From Lama guanicoe (lineage: Eukaryota): DNA of 64,000 nt. Of the stretch, positions 24,426-36,937 are shown piece by piece; position 1 is the first letter of the stretch; each line of letters starts with the position of its first letter. The position numbers were made by a program, and so were the translations under genes. The DNA lies in the NCBI GenBank assembly GCA_013239625.1, contig MU053376.1, positions 706,833 through 770,832 of the forward strand. Reading direction: 5' to 3'. The notes beneath the pieces were generated by a model. The model made no database searches. It was not told where the DNA came from and saw only the letters and a list, made by a program, of their open reading frames with translations.

Positions 24426-26297
24426 TGCCTCGATTCATCCACATCTGAGTTGGTGGAGGTGGGATCTGAATCCCAGCAGGATGTCTCTAGAGCTAAATGT
24501 CACTGCCACTGTGCCATAGTACCTGACAAGTGTCTCCCTCCCAGCACTGTGAAAAGCCAGTGGACGCTCTAAACAAGAAACCCAGCAGCTGACATGCTTA
24601 GAATAAATGCTTAGAAAAGGGAAATTCTTTATTCCGTGGGGACAGCCACAATTGGACACTTCCACCAGGGAGAATAAGAAGGGTCCTGCCTTGGGTCCAG
24701 GCCTGAGGGGCCCTGGTGCTTTGAAGCATCTTCTAATTTTTTTAAGTGTTCTCCCAGTGCCTGGGGCTGGCTGGGGACATCTGGACGGGGCTCCTTCATT
24801 TCCAGATTCTCCCCTTCAGAGAATTTTCTAGCGCTCTACATCCTCTCCTACATCTCTCCAATGGAGTTGGCCAGACAACCCAAAAAGCTCCAGGACTGGC
24901 TGCTATAGGGTCATCCCAGGGCCTCGCTCTGGGAGGATGCACCATTTTATTCACAGGATTGTGTGAGATTTGGTTGCCAGAACGATGTTGAGACAAGATT
25001 TTGAGTGAATTCAAATTGTTTGTATTGACAGGGACCCTGCAAAGTCTTTTCCCCGGGGTCCCTGACACCTAGGAGCATCTATGCTTTTAGGTCTTGTCTT
25101 ATCAACCCCTCTCTTTCCCGTCACAGAGCCTTTGACCAATAGTTGTAATTTCAAGTCTCCGAGCAACTGTCTTGAAGAGTGGGGCATTTTGTTAGGTACT
25201 TGAACGATTTCATATATCACTGGCAGTCATTCGTTCCTTCAGAAAGTATTTGTTCAGCACCTGCTACGTTCTAGGGCTGGGGACAGCATGGGGACAAGAT
25301 GCATCCCTGCTGTCCCAGAGCTCACAGGCTGGAGGGGAGACAGAGAGGCAGGAGGGTACAGCTCAGTGAATGGGGTACCAGGGCAGGAGCTGGGCTGAGC
25401 AGCACAGAGAAGGGGGCTGAACGTGGTTCTGAATGGGACCTCGGGGGGAGCTGCAAAGGGAACTGTGGTTTGGGCTGGGGGGTAGACTGGAAGCTTCTTC
25501 CAAGTGCTCTTCGTAGCCTGAGAGTCTGCGATGTCCCACTCCAGATCCTTCCACGGTTTCGGGTGATAATGAGCTCAGGTCGCTGCTTGTGCACATCAGC
25601 CAGGGCCTAACAGAGGTTCCATTTCTGAGCTGGAAGGGACCTAAAGCGATCATCCAGTCAACTTTTCGTTGTTCAGTGGAGAAAACTGAGACCCAACAAA
25701 GAAGTGTCTTACCCACGTCAGAGAGTCACAGAGTCAGGAGGGGCCCTTGGGCCTCTGGCCTCCCAGTCCTGGGCTTCTTCCACCTTAACTCAAGGCTGGG
25801 ACAAGGCCTGAGCCTCCTTCAGGGAGATGAAACTTCCCATTTTTAAAAGGGGACCATTCCACCCCCAGCAGGTGTCACAACATTTCTCACATCCCCAATT
25901 CGGGACCCAACAACCCTTCAATCAACAAACGTTCCTGGAGAGTCTATCAGAAGCAAGTCTCCCTGGGAACACACGCTGTCCGACAAATTTCTGCCCCCAA
26001 GAAGTCACAGTCTGGTGCTGGAAGGGCACATACAGGACAAACACGTGATACCCCTGGGTCTCCAGCGCATCTCCTCCCGTGTGCTTGGTGCGCAGTAGGC
26101 GCTCGGCGGACGGAAACGGGCGCTAGTTATTCTCATTTTCAACGCGAGTCCGCAGAGAGGCCCGTGGCTCGGTGAGAAAAGAAAGGAGGCGCTTTTCTTC
26201 CCGGTCCAGGCTCTGCAAACCGCCCCCCAGCGCGCGGGCCGGGGCGGGGCGGGGCGGGGCGGCGCAGGAGCATCCCGCCCTCCTCCTCCTCCTCCTC

Positions 26298-26512
26298 AGT
26301 CCGGGTCCCCGCTCGGCGCGCGAAGGGAGGGGCGCGGGGGCGCGCACGCAGGGTGTCGGGGCGCGCCGGGCTCGCGGGGACGCGCACGGGCTGGTCTCTG
26401 CCCTAATGCGGCGGCTGGCGGCGAGCGGCGCTGCAGCGGACGCGGGGGAAGCGGCGGCGCCGGCTGCGCACAGCGCCGACTGCGCCCAGGGCCGGAGCCC
26501 GAGCCCTCGCAG
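26298..26512 (+). other. Predicted first exon (probably 5' UTR) of a + strand gene with a very long intron 1
   Basis: Inr A at 26298 lies 38-57 nt downstream of the GC boxes; the CpG island ends at splice donors CAG|GTAGGT (26512/3) and TAG|GTGAGC (26516/7). No convincing coding exon in the following 37 kb. Gene identity not established. Confidence 0.75.
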
Positions 26513-26516
26513 GTAG
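26406..26516 (+). other. Candidate upstream ORF, 36 aa (MRRLAASGAAADAGEAAAPAAHSADCAQGRSPSPRR*)
   Basis: Only ATG in the predicted exon (weak context ccctaATGc); its TAG stop (26514-26516) lies between the two splice donors. Confidence 0.4.
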
Positions 26517-27743
26517 GTGAGCGCGGACACCGGCGAGATGGGGCTGGGGCTTCATGGAAACCCATCCAGAGACACCCCCTTGTTCCCGCCCTCCTCTGTC
26601 CGTCTCCGTCCCCTGACCTGTCCCCATCCCCCTCCACCCACATCCCCGACCTCCTCTCCACAACGTTACCTGCCCTGAATCCATCCTATGTCCCAGTCTG
26701 GGCCTTGCCCCATCCAGCTCCCAACCCCCTGCCCGCCCCAACACCTTGTCTCTCTCATTGGCCGTATCCCCTCCCCCTTCCTGCCCCCTCACTCTTTTCC
26801 CCTTTCCTTCTGCGCCTGCCTCCTCCGCGAGCCCTGCCCTTACCTGTTTACCTCCACACCCCACTTTGTATGACCCCATCCCTTCTGTTTTTCCTGCCTG
26901 GCACATCGGCCCCTCTCCTTGCCCTCCCTCTTCTGGTCCCCAGCTCTTACCCCCATTACTCCAGGTGCCTGACTCTCCATTAGCTCCTTCACAGTTTCTA
27001 TCCTTCCCAGGTCCCCTCTGCACACCCTGTCCTAGCCCCTTCCCAGCTGCCTCTTGGTTTCCTCTCCAACATAGTCCGTCTCAGGAACCCCATTTTCTTC
27101 CCCTTGGCTCTTAGCTGGCCTGTCGCCCATCACCTTCCCCACCTGCCCTTCCTGGTGCTGTTTGTAGTCATACGGCTTGTGCTGAACCCCCTCACCTGCC
27201 GCTGGGCCCTCCTTCCCTGCTTGGGGAGGCCTAGGGCTCTGAAGGCCCTGTGTACTCGCTGTTGCAGAATCCACTTATAACCTTTTTCTGTATGTTTGAT
27301 CCTATTTATGGCTTGGGGGCAAAGGATGCTGGGTGTTAGCAGGCCTCTCATGTTCTTCTTCAGCTGCCCTCTGCCCCTAGTTCAGGTTTGTTTCCTAGAT
27401 GGACGGGGGGGAGGAGATATGAAGCATAGGGAAACCAGGATTGGGAAGAAGCAGGGTTCAAACAGATGGCTGAGCATTCTCTTCCTGGTCTTGATCTGAG
27501 CCCTGGGATGCAGAGGCCTGGAAGAGGAGCCCCACTAAGGGCTGGAGAATTTGGGATTTTAGAAAGGATTCTTCCTCAGCCTCCAAGTCAGCACTTTGGC
27601 ATCGGAAGCTGTCATGAGTGGCCCATGGGCTGGGCTGAGAGTGGGCAGAGTGCTGAATCACCTAGACTCTGGTCCCCATGGCAGCCCCTCTCCTGCTCAG
27701 AGCCAAGTTCTGCTCCTGATTCCTTCCTTGGCATTTGGCAGTG

Positions 27744-27745
27744 GT

Positions 27746-27785
<40 letters not shown>
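27744..27785. repeat. (TG)n microsatellite
   Basis: About 16 uninterrupted TG units preceded by a short interrupted run. Confidence 0.95.
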
Positions 27786-27786
<1 letters not shown>

Positions 27787-28296
27787 GGGCAGATACCCTC
27801 TTCCTCAGTTAGGGGAGTGGGTGACAATGCCCCTTTCTTGCCTGTCTGTCTCCCTGGGATGAGGGCTTGGTGTGTTTTATCTACCCTTGGAAATGTGGTG
27901 AGCCCTGCTGCGCCCCTGTCAAATCTCCTGCAAGGGCAGACCTGGTTGGGCAGGAGTTGAACTGTTTATGTGGAGTTGGAGACCGGCTGGTTCAGAACCC
28001 ACCAAACTTGAGACATAAGTAGGGGAAGCCCAGGGAAAATGTGTGCAGAGAGTGGGAGCCCCTGGGGATGGGGCCATACCAGCTGTGGGAGCAGGGGGTA
28101 GGGAGAAGCAGCAAGGCAGAGACCTATCTCCCGCTGGTTTGGGGGTGATTGGATCTGGTGGAATTGCGTGGCAGGAAGAATTGAAGATGGGGGGTGGGTC
28201 TACCGGGCATCTAATACATTCTACCTTTTGTCCTGACAGAGCTGGCACTTCTGAGAGAGTAATTTCTTCCTCTTGTGTTTGGTTTCAGCTGAAGGG

Positions 28297-28358
28297 GTGT
28301 GTGTGTGTATGTAGAAAGAGAGAGAAAGAGAGAGGAGAGAGAGAGAGAGAGAGAGAGA
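28297..28358. repeat. Compound (GT)n-(AG)n microsatellite
   Basis: Directly visible. Confidence 0.9.
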
Positions 28359-29357
28359 ATAACACAAATGAGGAGGCTCACTCACACTTAGCCCAGAATT
28401 TGTGTTTGCCACCGTGAAATAGCAAATGGCAGCCCAATTTCCACCCTGGGGACCTTAGCTAAAATCCCAAGGCTAAAATTGGAGGTTAAGAGCAAATTGC
28501 TGACAGATCCTGTCCCTTCTCCTCAAGTCTCCCTCACTTTAGAATCTGAGTGGACTCCTGATTCAGCTCATGAGCAGCAACTCTGAATGGGACTCAGGCA
28601 GTGCCCAGCAAGGGCGGGTGGTGTGTGGCTGGGGCACTGGCTGTCCTCTGCTTTGTCAACCTTCCGTGCCCTCCCATCATGAGTGGGGGTGGGGAGGGGA
28701 GCCTTCCTGGCATCAGCGCTCCCAGGTCTGCCTGCTTTTCTTGGTCCAGGGAGGAGGCATCATCACCTGGAGCCGTTGTCGAGAGCTGATTGGATTAAGT
28801 TTCTGACGTTGAAATGCTTGATTGGGGCTCGGATTAAATGGGGGATTCTGATAACAATGTACATGTTTCTCAGTTTTGTGCAATGAATCTCACCGCTTAT
28901 CCCTTGTTTGACATCACAAAGGCTACACAGGGATAAATTGAGGCATGCAGAAAGGGAAGCCAGCTCCCTGCAGAGCTGGAGCGAGAGCTGGCTAGCTCCC
29001 TGTGGGCTGACGCAGACCGTGCTCACTGGCCGGATCTTTCAGGGGCACACTGAGGAGGTGGCTGATATCTGGGGGTTGGGTTCTGGCTTTGGATATCTGC
29101 GGAGGGAGGGAGGTGCAGAGGAGGGCCCTATTTCTGCAGTGACTGAGAGACAGGATTCCAAGGCTCCCATCACTCTGTTGCAATGTGTTCCCTTTTCCTG
29201 GCGCCACTCTTCTCCAAGACCATCCAAGAGCTGGGGTGGGAGGATCATCACTCAGTCTAGAAAAAGAAATTCGAGAGAGGCAGAGAAGTTCAGTACTCAG
29301 TCTGTTTGGCCTCGGGGAAGAAGGAGGAAGGAAATGAGAAGAATTTAAGGCTCGTTA

Positions 29358-29700
29358 CATATTTATTCATTCAGCGACTGCTAATGACAAGTGCTGCTCT
29401 GCTAGGTGCTGGATCGCAGAGATGAAAGGTAAGACAGGGTCTCTCAGAGTTGCCAGTGTCATGGGGAAGAGAGACAAGAAATCAGACAAATAACACAGAT
29501 AAGCTTGAGTGCAGACATGGGGACAGGGATGTTGAACAGCAGCATCTTTCATTCTCGCAGCATCAGCCCCCCCTCCTCCGCAGCTAGGAGATGCCATCAG
29601 AGTGATGGCTCAGGGCTGACCCTGAAGTTGACTGTGAAGAAGGAGGTGAGGGAGGAGGTGAGATGCAAGATTTCACCAGATCCCCGGCTTGAGGGGGAAG
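29358..29700 (-). mobile_element. L2 LINE 3' fragment
   Basis: atttattcattcagc...ctaggtgctggatcgcagagatgaaaggtaagacagggtctct, an antisense L2 end. Confidence 0.65.
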
Positions 29701-30679
29701 AGAGGGTTCTGGTGTAGCTGCACCCTGCTGGGTCCTGCTTCAGCCTGATGGGAGGAACTCTGGGACAAGAGCGAGGCTGCTTAACTCTCCTATTCCCATT
29801 TCCTAAGCACTTGCATTTTAGGGGCAAAGTGTGGTCAGAATATGCTTAGAATGTCAGCGTGAGTTAGAGGAAAGAAGCCCAGTTTCTGCCCTCAGGAGCT
29901 CCTGTCTGGTGGGGAAACAGCAAAGACACGCACAAGTATGTGCTCAGAAACCAGGTGAGTAAACACATGGTGAGTTCTGGTGTGTGTGGAAGGGCCTTGG
30001 AGTTCTGAGAGGTTAGAGTCAGGTGGGAGTCATCAGAGAAGTCCAGGTAGGGGAGAGGAGGTGGGTGGTGATGGGGGATCCTTTAGAAGTTACGCTCTTG
30101 AGCACAGGTCACCACAAGCACCCAGCTGAACTGGGAAGGAGCCTGAGAACAGGGACGCCCAGCCTCACCCTCGGAGCAGTTCATTTCATTAGTGTGTACG
30201 GACCCTTGGGATGTATCTCAGGAACTAAGCATAGAAGTCGAGTTGGAAAGACAGAAATGAAAAACAAATTATAATTCAGTACAGGAAGTGCTCTAACAGA
30301 GGTTAGCTGGGTTCCTGGCATAGTAGGAGCACAGCTTCACGGTCCCGGTGGGCGGCAGGACCTGGGCGGTTGCACCGCACTGTTTGGATGGACTTGCACT
30401 TTGGCTCAAGCAGCCTGATGTCAAACTTTTGAGCATTTACTCCAGACGCCCAGCTGGAGACCAAGCCCCGCTGCAAGGGCAGATGTTACACGCATACGGC
30501 CTGGTCCCTGGGGCTGCAGAGGAGCGCTCTGGGAGCTAACGGCTGCGTTGGCTGCTTGAGTAGGCACTTTGACATCTTTGCTGACCTGGTCAGATTGTGC
30601 CAGCCAGCTTGAGAACTCTTACACCAGCCTCCTTTCCTTAGGTTTTGAGACAAGTCAGGAAAAATAAAAGTGACATAAT

Positions 30680-30940
30680 ACAATAGTCATCATTAGAGAG
30701 CGCTTACTATGTGCTAGGCACCCTACTGTGTGCTTTATATGCATCCTCTCATTTAGTCTCCGTAAGGATTAACCCTACAAAAGAAGTGTTGTTCGAATCC
30801 TGGTTTTACACACAATGAAACAGACCCAGAGAGGTTGTAATTTAAGACTGTAGAACAGGTAAGTTGCAGAACTAGAATTTAAACCTATATTAGTTTGACA
30901 TCAAATTCCATGCTCCTGTCCTGTAAGCTCACTGCCCCTG
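30680..30940 (-). mobile_element. MIR SINE
   Basis: gagcgcttactatgtgctaggcac...tttacacacaatgaaacagacccagagaggtt...ctagaatttaaacc. Confidence 0.75.
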
Positions 30941-33900
30941 GTAGGACTGGAATGCTTTATCCACTTGTACAAGGCTCTCTAGGGAAATCTGTTAGAAGTT
31001 AGCAGGCATTTTTGAGTACCTTCTGAAGAATACGGAAATCTGGTTCCTGCTTTCAAGTAGGGGAAATAAGATGGAGACATGTGAAAACTCTTGGAAATAA
31101 CGTAAGATGTTGGACAGCAAAATTCCAAGGGAAGGAGTGATGCCTCAGTGTGGCTGTGGGAGTCAGGGAGGTGACATGGTATCATAGAAACTGCTCAGCC
31201 TTTGACATCAGACAGACCTGCATTCGAATCTTGGTTCTTTCGCTTATTGAGGATCCGCAGTTTCCCAGTCTGTAAAATGGGGGTATTAATATGAACCTTG
31301 AAGAGCTGTTACAAGGATTAAATGGAATAAGGCAGTGAAGGGTCCCACACCCTCCCAGGCTGGCAGTAAATACTCACCACATGCTAGCTGCTCTACACAG
31401 AGGGGTGGGAATGGACCTTAGCCTTGAAGAATTGGTAGAATTTTAAAACGGAAGGGATGATGAGAGTTTTCTAGATGAGGGCACCCACCAGGGGCATAAG
31501 CAAAAACTTGAGGGAGTTTAGGCTTTTTGGGGAAGAAGTGACGTGCCTCACCCTGTCTGCTCTCCCCAGGCCCCTGCAGTAAATTCTTACATAAAAGTAT
31601 GTCTTCATGCAGAGCGTGAGGGACTTATGTTTTACTTCTGGCTCCACCGTTAACAGAGCTTAAATATGTTTCTCTCTCTGTAAAGCTAGAAGATTGCTGA
31701 AAGTCTCTAGTCCCAGAAGCCCGTATCTCTGGGATTATGTCATTGATTAATTTCTTGTCTTGCCTTTCCTTTCCCAAAAGCCATGCCATGAAAAAGTTGG
31801 AGTGCCTGGGGCCCGGTGGGTCATCCCCTCCTGGCCCCTGTGGCTCCCCTCCTCCGAGAAGCAGCTGCCTGAGCATCTGCCTTCTCCTTCACCTGCTCCT
31901 CCTCACTCTTCCCCTCCCAGGCTGGGCCAGCCCCTCCTGAAAGGCCTCCCTGGCAGCCCCTCTCCCCATCATTATGATGCTAATCGTGTTGTTAATTTTT
32001 CTGAGATGCAGAAAGAAAGCTCCAATCTGTTCTAATGAATTTAATTAGAGAGGGGCTTGGAGGGCTTCAGAACCTCTTACCAGGATCACAATAAACAGAG
32101 TTAACGAGATAAACAGCTTGGGATCAGTGGCTCAGGGCTAGGAAGGGAGGATTTCTGACTCAGTCCTAGAATGAGGAAGCCCCTGGCACTGGCGGCGGAG
32201 GAAGGCTGTGCGGGCTGTTTTCCACCAGATGGGTTCCCTTTTGAGCTCCTTCTGCCCGCCCCACCCAGCTCTGTGTATGCAGTTGCATACTAAGTTCTGC
32301 CCTTGGGTGACATGACCCTCTAGAGAAGTCTTATCCTTCTCATCATCATCACTAAACATTTTTTGGGCACCTGCTGTGTGGGTAAGGAATACTGCACCAT
32401 CTTCTAGAGCAAATTGGAGCCTCATGAGACCTTGTCTCTACCCCAGAGGAGATAAGAGATGTATGTTCAAACATAAGAAATATTTGCTAATTCCAGACAG
32501 TAAATGCCTGAAGGTTGACAGGAGATTACATAGGACTTCAAAGACCTGGAAAAACCTCTTGCAAGAGGAAATACTTGAGATGGGTCTTGAGACATCAAGA
32601 CTTGAAGACCTAAGAATCAGAGCTGCTGGAGGAAGAGCAGATTGAAAGGCAGGGATGCGCAGGGAATGTTTGAGTCAGGACGAATAAACGGCATGGCTCG
32701 GGAGGTGGGTGCATGTTGTTTGGTAGTGAGGGGCGTGTCTGGAACAGCGTATTGAGATGTGATCCTAGAGGACCCTGAGTGCTGGAGCCTTCACTCTCCT
32801 AAAGCGGGGTCTCACTGCTTTCTTTCTCTGAGCACTTGGGACGATCAGCCTGGGGAAGGGTTCAGGACAGGATGATTCTGCCGTTCATGCTGAGTTCACT
32901 TTCTTGGATCTAGCTGAGGCCAATTGGGGTGGGTTGACCAGATACTAAATTTTGTTCTCGGATCTTGTGACTTTCTGGGATGAGAGTGAATGGCTGGCAG
33001 AGGAATTCCAAGGACTTTCCCCACTAATGAGAGTTTCCTGCTTCTTTACTGATGCTGGCCAATTTGCTTTGGCAGTGGCTTTTTTTGGGCAAATATTCTG
33101 TGGAATCTTCCAGTTCCAGGGTCAGTGAGTTTCATAACTCTTCTCTTTATATGATTAAGAGTTCTCTGAAGGTGTGTATGTACCTGTGCATGTGCCCTCG
33201 TGTGTGCATACTGCTTATGTTACTGAAATTCTTCCAACTGGATTCTGGTTCTAGTGTGATCATTATTTGTAGTGCAAAAGTTTTTAAACATTTCTGGGCC
33301 TTAATTTCTCCATGTGCAAGAGGGAAAGAGTCATCCCTGTATCCTATTGTATATAGATCCATACTCTGAATTGTATATAAATCCATAAACTGAATGCTTT
33401 GAGAATAGAATTTTAAACATGAGGAGGTATTATAACTGTCATTTTTGACAAGAAATATAATATTGAGCTGAAATTTTAAGTCAATTCTCTCTCCCGCTTG
33501 GAAATTCTTGACTTGTGAGAGACTAGCCAGAGTTTTACTTGGGGGCACCAGCAAAGACTATGCTGTTTGTTATTTTCCATGACTTATCTGGGCTTGTGCA
33601 TAATTAGCAGTGGAGTTAGTACATTGCTGTCAGGTGTTGGCTGGCCTATCCATGTGTGTTTGTATGGCAGACATTATTACAATGCCACTGTTACGATACC
33701 CATTGTGTGGTATTTTTCCACATGTTGGATGTGACGTGTTCTTTATGAAAGAAAATGCCTCTGAAGCCACAGGCAATTTTCCTATGCTGATGAAGCAAGG
33801 ACAGAAACTGGATCTCTTTCTGATCATCGTCACAGGCTGAATGGAAATGAAGCCTTTGTGACTCATGTTGGGAGTTAAATCGGAGTTCTCTGGCTGATCC

Positions 33901-35227
33901 CAGCCCTGAGCTGAGCCTTGGCTTGTTTTTACATAGTATTCATTCCATCTGCAGTTAGTCTTTGAAGCCTCTATTTTGTGCATAGCACACTTCTGGGTGG
34001 CAGCTCGTCTTGAGAGAATCTTCAACTCATAGAATGTTAGAGATGGTTTAGTCCCGTATCATTATTTTACTGATTAAGAGGAAACTGAGATAAAGAAGGA
34101 TGGCATGACTTGCTTATGGCTGCATGGCTAGTTGCAGGCAGGGCTAGTTCTTCCACATACCAGACCACTAGGAACTTTAAAAACTACATAAGAACCTACT
34201 GACTGTACAAGAGGATATGTAATTAAGTTCCCTAAAGCAAGATCTAAACTAGATATCCTTTGGGGTGTCAGAGAAGAGAAGATACCAATGTAGACTAAAG
34301 TCCTTTGGGGAGATTTTGAAGAGAAGCAGGAGCTGGTCTGGGTCTCTAGGGACTGGTAGGCTTTGAATGGATAAAGTTAAGCAAAAGGCATTTCTGGTGG
34401 GGTGAGGGAGCGTAATCAGAGGTCTAGAGGAAGGAAAGTATGCTTGGGCGTTGAATTGGCCAGGCTGGGACAGTGGAAAGTGCATCTGGGGGGGCCAGTT
34501 GAGACCAGACTCCAGAGACTCTTGACTCTGACTAAGGAGTTGGACTTTGTCCTGGAGTTGGTGGGGAGCATTTGAAGCTCCTTTGCTGAGCTCGCTCTTG
34601 CTCTGAAGGCAAGATTGTGGTGTTAGGAGAATTGAACGGGAAATCCCTTCACAGGCACCTAATGGTATCTGGGGATAGTCCCTTCTGTTGGAGTGCCTGG
34701 GGAAAGGGGGAGTCCTGAAACCTTTTCTGGTAGGGAGCTTGCTGCTGTCCAGGGTCCTGACCTGCCCTCTGAAAGATTTTTCTCCCAGTGATGCCAGGTT
34801 AGAAGGTAAAGCCAGGGAATGCTTAGAAGCACCCAAAAGGGATCTGGAAAACAATTCTGGCTAGGACTGGGTAGCATGTGGGCTTTCTGGCAGCGAATCA
34901 GTTTGCAGCATCTGACTTCACAGTCCTTGTGATGAAAGCAAAAGTTTGGGTTGGGGGAAACGAGTAATGGCCCTTTTAAGGAGGAGCGAGCATGTGTGTG
35001 CACATATGCATGCTAAAATGACCCAGTTTGTAGCCCTGTAAAATCTGCCTTAGAGTCTTTGTATTTACATGAGTATCCCAGTACATTGCTTCTCTCGTTG
35101 TGAAAATGTACTCTTTCTATTCAATGTTTCAGAGTACCTAAAACCTCTCCAGCACACATGGAGAGAGCAACAGAATTTCCCAGAAGACCTTACTCTGCTT
35201 CAAATGAAACGTCTAAATGATCAACAG

Positions 35228-35423
35228 TAGTGCTGTCCAATAGAGCTTTCTGTGATGATGGACATGTTCTGTATCTGCACTGTCCAATATGGTAGCCACT
35301 AGCCACAAGTGGATACTGAGGACTGAAATATGGCTAATGTGGCTGAGAAGTGAACTTTTAATTTAATTTAATTTTAATAGCCATGTGTGGCTAGTGGCTG
35401 CTGTATTAAACTGCACAGCTCTA
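35228..35423. mobile_element. MER3 hAT-Charlie MITE
   Basis: tagtgctgtccaatagagctttctgtgatgatggacatgttctgtatctgcactgtccaatatggtagccactagccac...gtggctagtggctgctgtatt. Confidence 0.85.
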
Positions 35424-36701
35424 GCGTCAGAATCCTTGTAATTTGCCGCTTACCTTTGCTTATTTGGCCCTCATACCTAAGCCTCTTTGACTTGGGGTAA
35501 AAATGGACTACTGGATGGGGATGAATTTGACACAGTGCTGGAGAAAAACCCCATGCTGAATGTGAACTGCAAGTCTGCTCCTGGGCTGTGAATTGTGCCC
35601 TTTTTACTTGTCCCATTGAGAACAACCATACATGATGCACTGCGGTTTTCCTTTCAAGGGCAGGGAGAAGGCTCCTTGGATTCTGGCTCTGGTCCCAAGG
35701 ACCTGATCTGAGACTTTTTGGAGCCTTGAGTGGGCCAGCAACACAATGTGTATGGCCCTGGACAGTTGACTCTGCGCTGAAGTGAGGGACAGATGATTGC
35801 TGTTATATCAGCACATCTGACAGTCAGCAGAGCGAAGTTCATGGTCTTGATCTATCTCCCTTTCTGACTCAAGGCATCATTTCATCTTGTTTGCCTCGTT
35901 TAATGGATGAGGTGTGGGTCCGTGGTAGAGGTACCAGAGTGGGGAAATGTGTTAAAATGCCAATCAATAAACAAGTAATAATAACCTGCCAAAAGACTGG
36001 AGCAGAAATTTCCATGTGTTGGCACGTGCCAGTGCACAGAGATCTCTGTAACCTTATCCTAAACACATTTGGTTTTTCTGGGTCTCTGGTCTTAGGCTTG
36101 CTATGTAGAAGTCCGGTTTCCTAAACCAGATTGTGTGTGCTTTTTAAAGCCATGCCTTACAGTTTTCTTTCATAGAATCTCAGTGTTCTGATAGTAATCC
36201 TTAATAAATGCCTGCTTGTGAGTAGCTCTTTGTTAGCCTGGAGCTGTGGGTCTGACTCCTAGAAAATGTGTGCACATGAATACAAATAATATTTATCAAG
36301 CCCCTGCTGGGCAAAAGTCTCTGTACGTGGTACTGTGGGCAGTGACAAAGGAGGAGCCAGGGATAGTTGATCTCAGTCTAATGGGAGAGCAAAGGCAGGC
36401 ACGTGTGAAAAATCATACACGCACACACACAACCGATAGACAGAAACAAAGACCGAAGTGGTGGCAGGATACAGGGCTGGGGGAGGGGTGCAGGATGCTG
36501 GAGGGGCCGTTTTATGTGTGTGTCTCTGTCTCGCCGTCTCTCGAGGATTCCCTGCTTCATGAGGCTGCGCTGGTACCAGCCACCTCCATGCCTGCAGTGA
36601 CAGTGCCGCCTTTATGGTGGGTCAGGCAGCTCGCTGTCTCACGGGGGCTGTGCTGAGGCGCTGCTGTCCTGAGCTTGCCTCTCCTGTGGTGAAGAGAGCT
36701 G

Positions 36702-36937
36702 GGGGGGCGGGGTGGGGGGTGTGGGAGAAAACTGTGAAGGGGGAAGGAACTCCTTTTCCTTCTTGTCACTTAAATGGTAACAGGGTCCACTCTCAGACTC
36801 CGTCCTTGTCAGGGAGGGAAGGGGGCGTGGGGGGCGGGGTGGGGGGTGTGGGAGAAAACTGTGAAGGGGGAAGGAACTCCTTTTCCTTCTTGTCACTTAA
36901 ATGGTAACAGGGTCCACTCTCAGACTCCGTCCTTGTC
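36702..36937. repeat. Perfect 109-bp direct repeat (36702-36810 and 36829-36937), 18-bp G-rich spacer
   Basis: Base-by-base identical copies at period 127; each starts with GGGGGGCGGGGTGGGGGGTGTGGG. Confidence 0.95.

Larger units (their letters stand above)
26060..26540. promoter_or_regulatory. CpG island / TATA-less promoter
   Basis: Only stretch of the window with very high GC content and undepleted CpG; (GGGGC)4 Sp/KLF boxes at 26241-26260, (CCT)n at ~26279-26297, Inr-consensus TCAGTCC at 26296-26302. Confidence 0.92.

Noticed and set aside
26123..27114. Long overlapping ORFs (114-206 aa) across the CpG island
   Set aside because: Stop-codon depletion in GC-rich, low-complexity DNA; Arg/Ala/Pro/Gly-rich with no recognisable domain.
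34249..34854. 201-aa minus-strand ORF (likewise 38113-38730 and 757-1281)
   Set aside because: Non-ATG starts and no protein-family features; 34249-34854 overlaps L2-like sequence.
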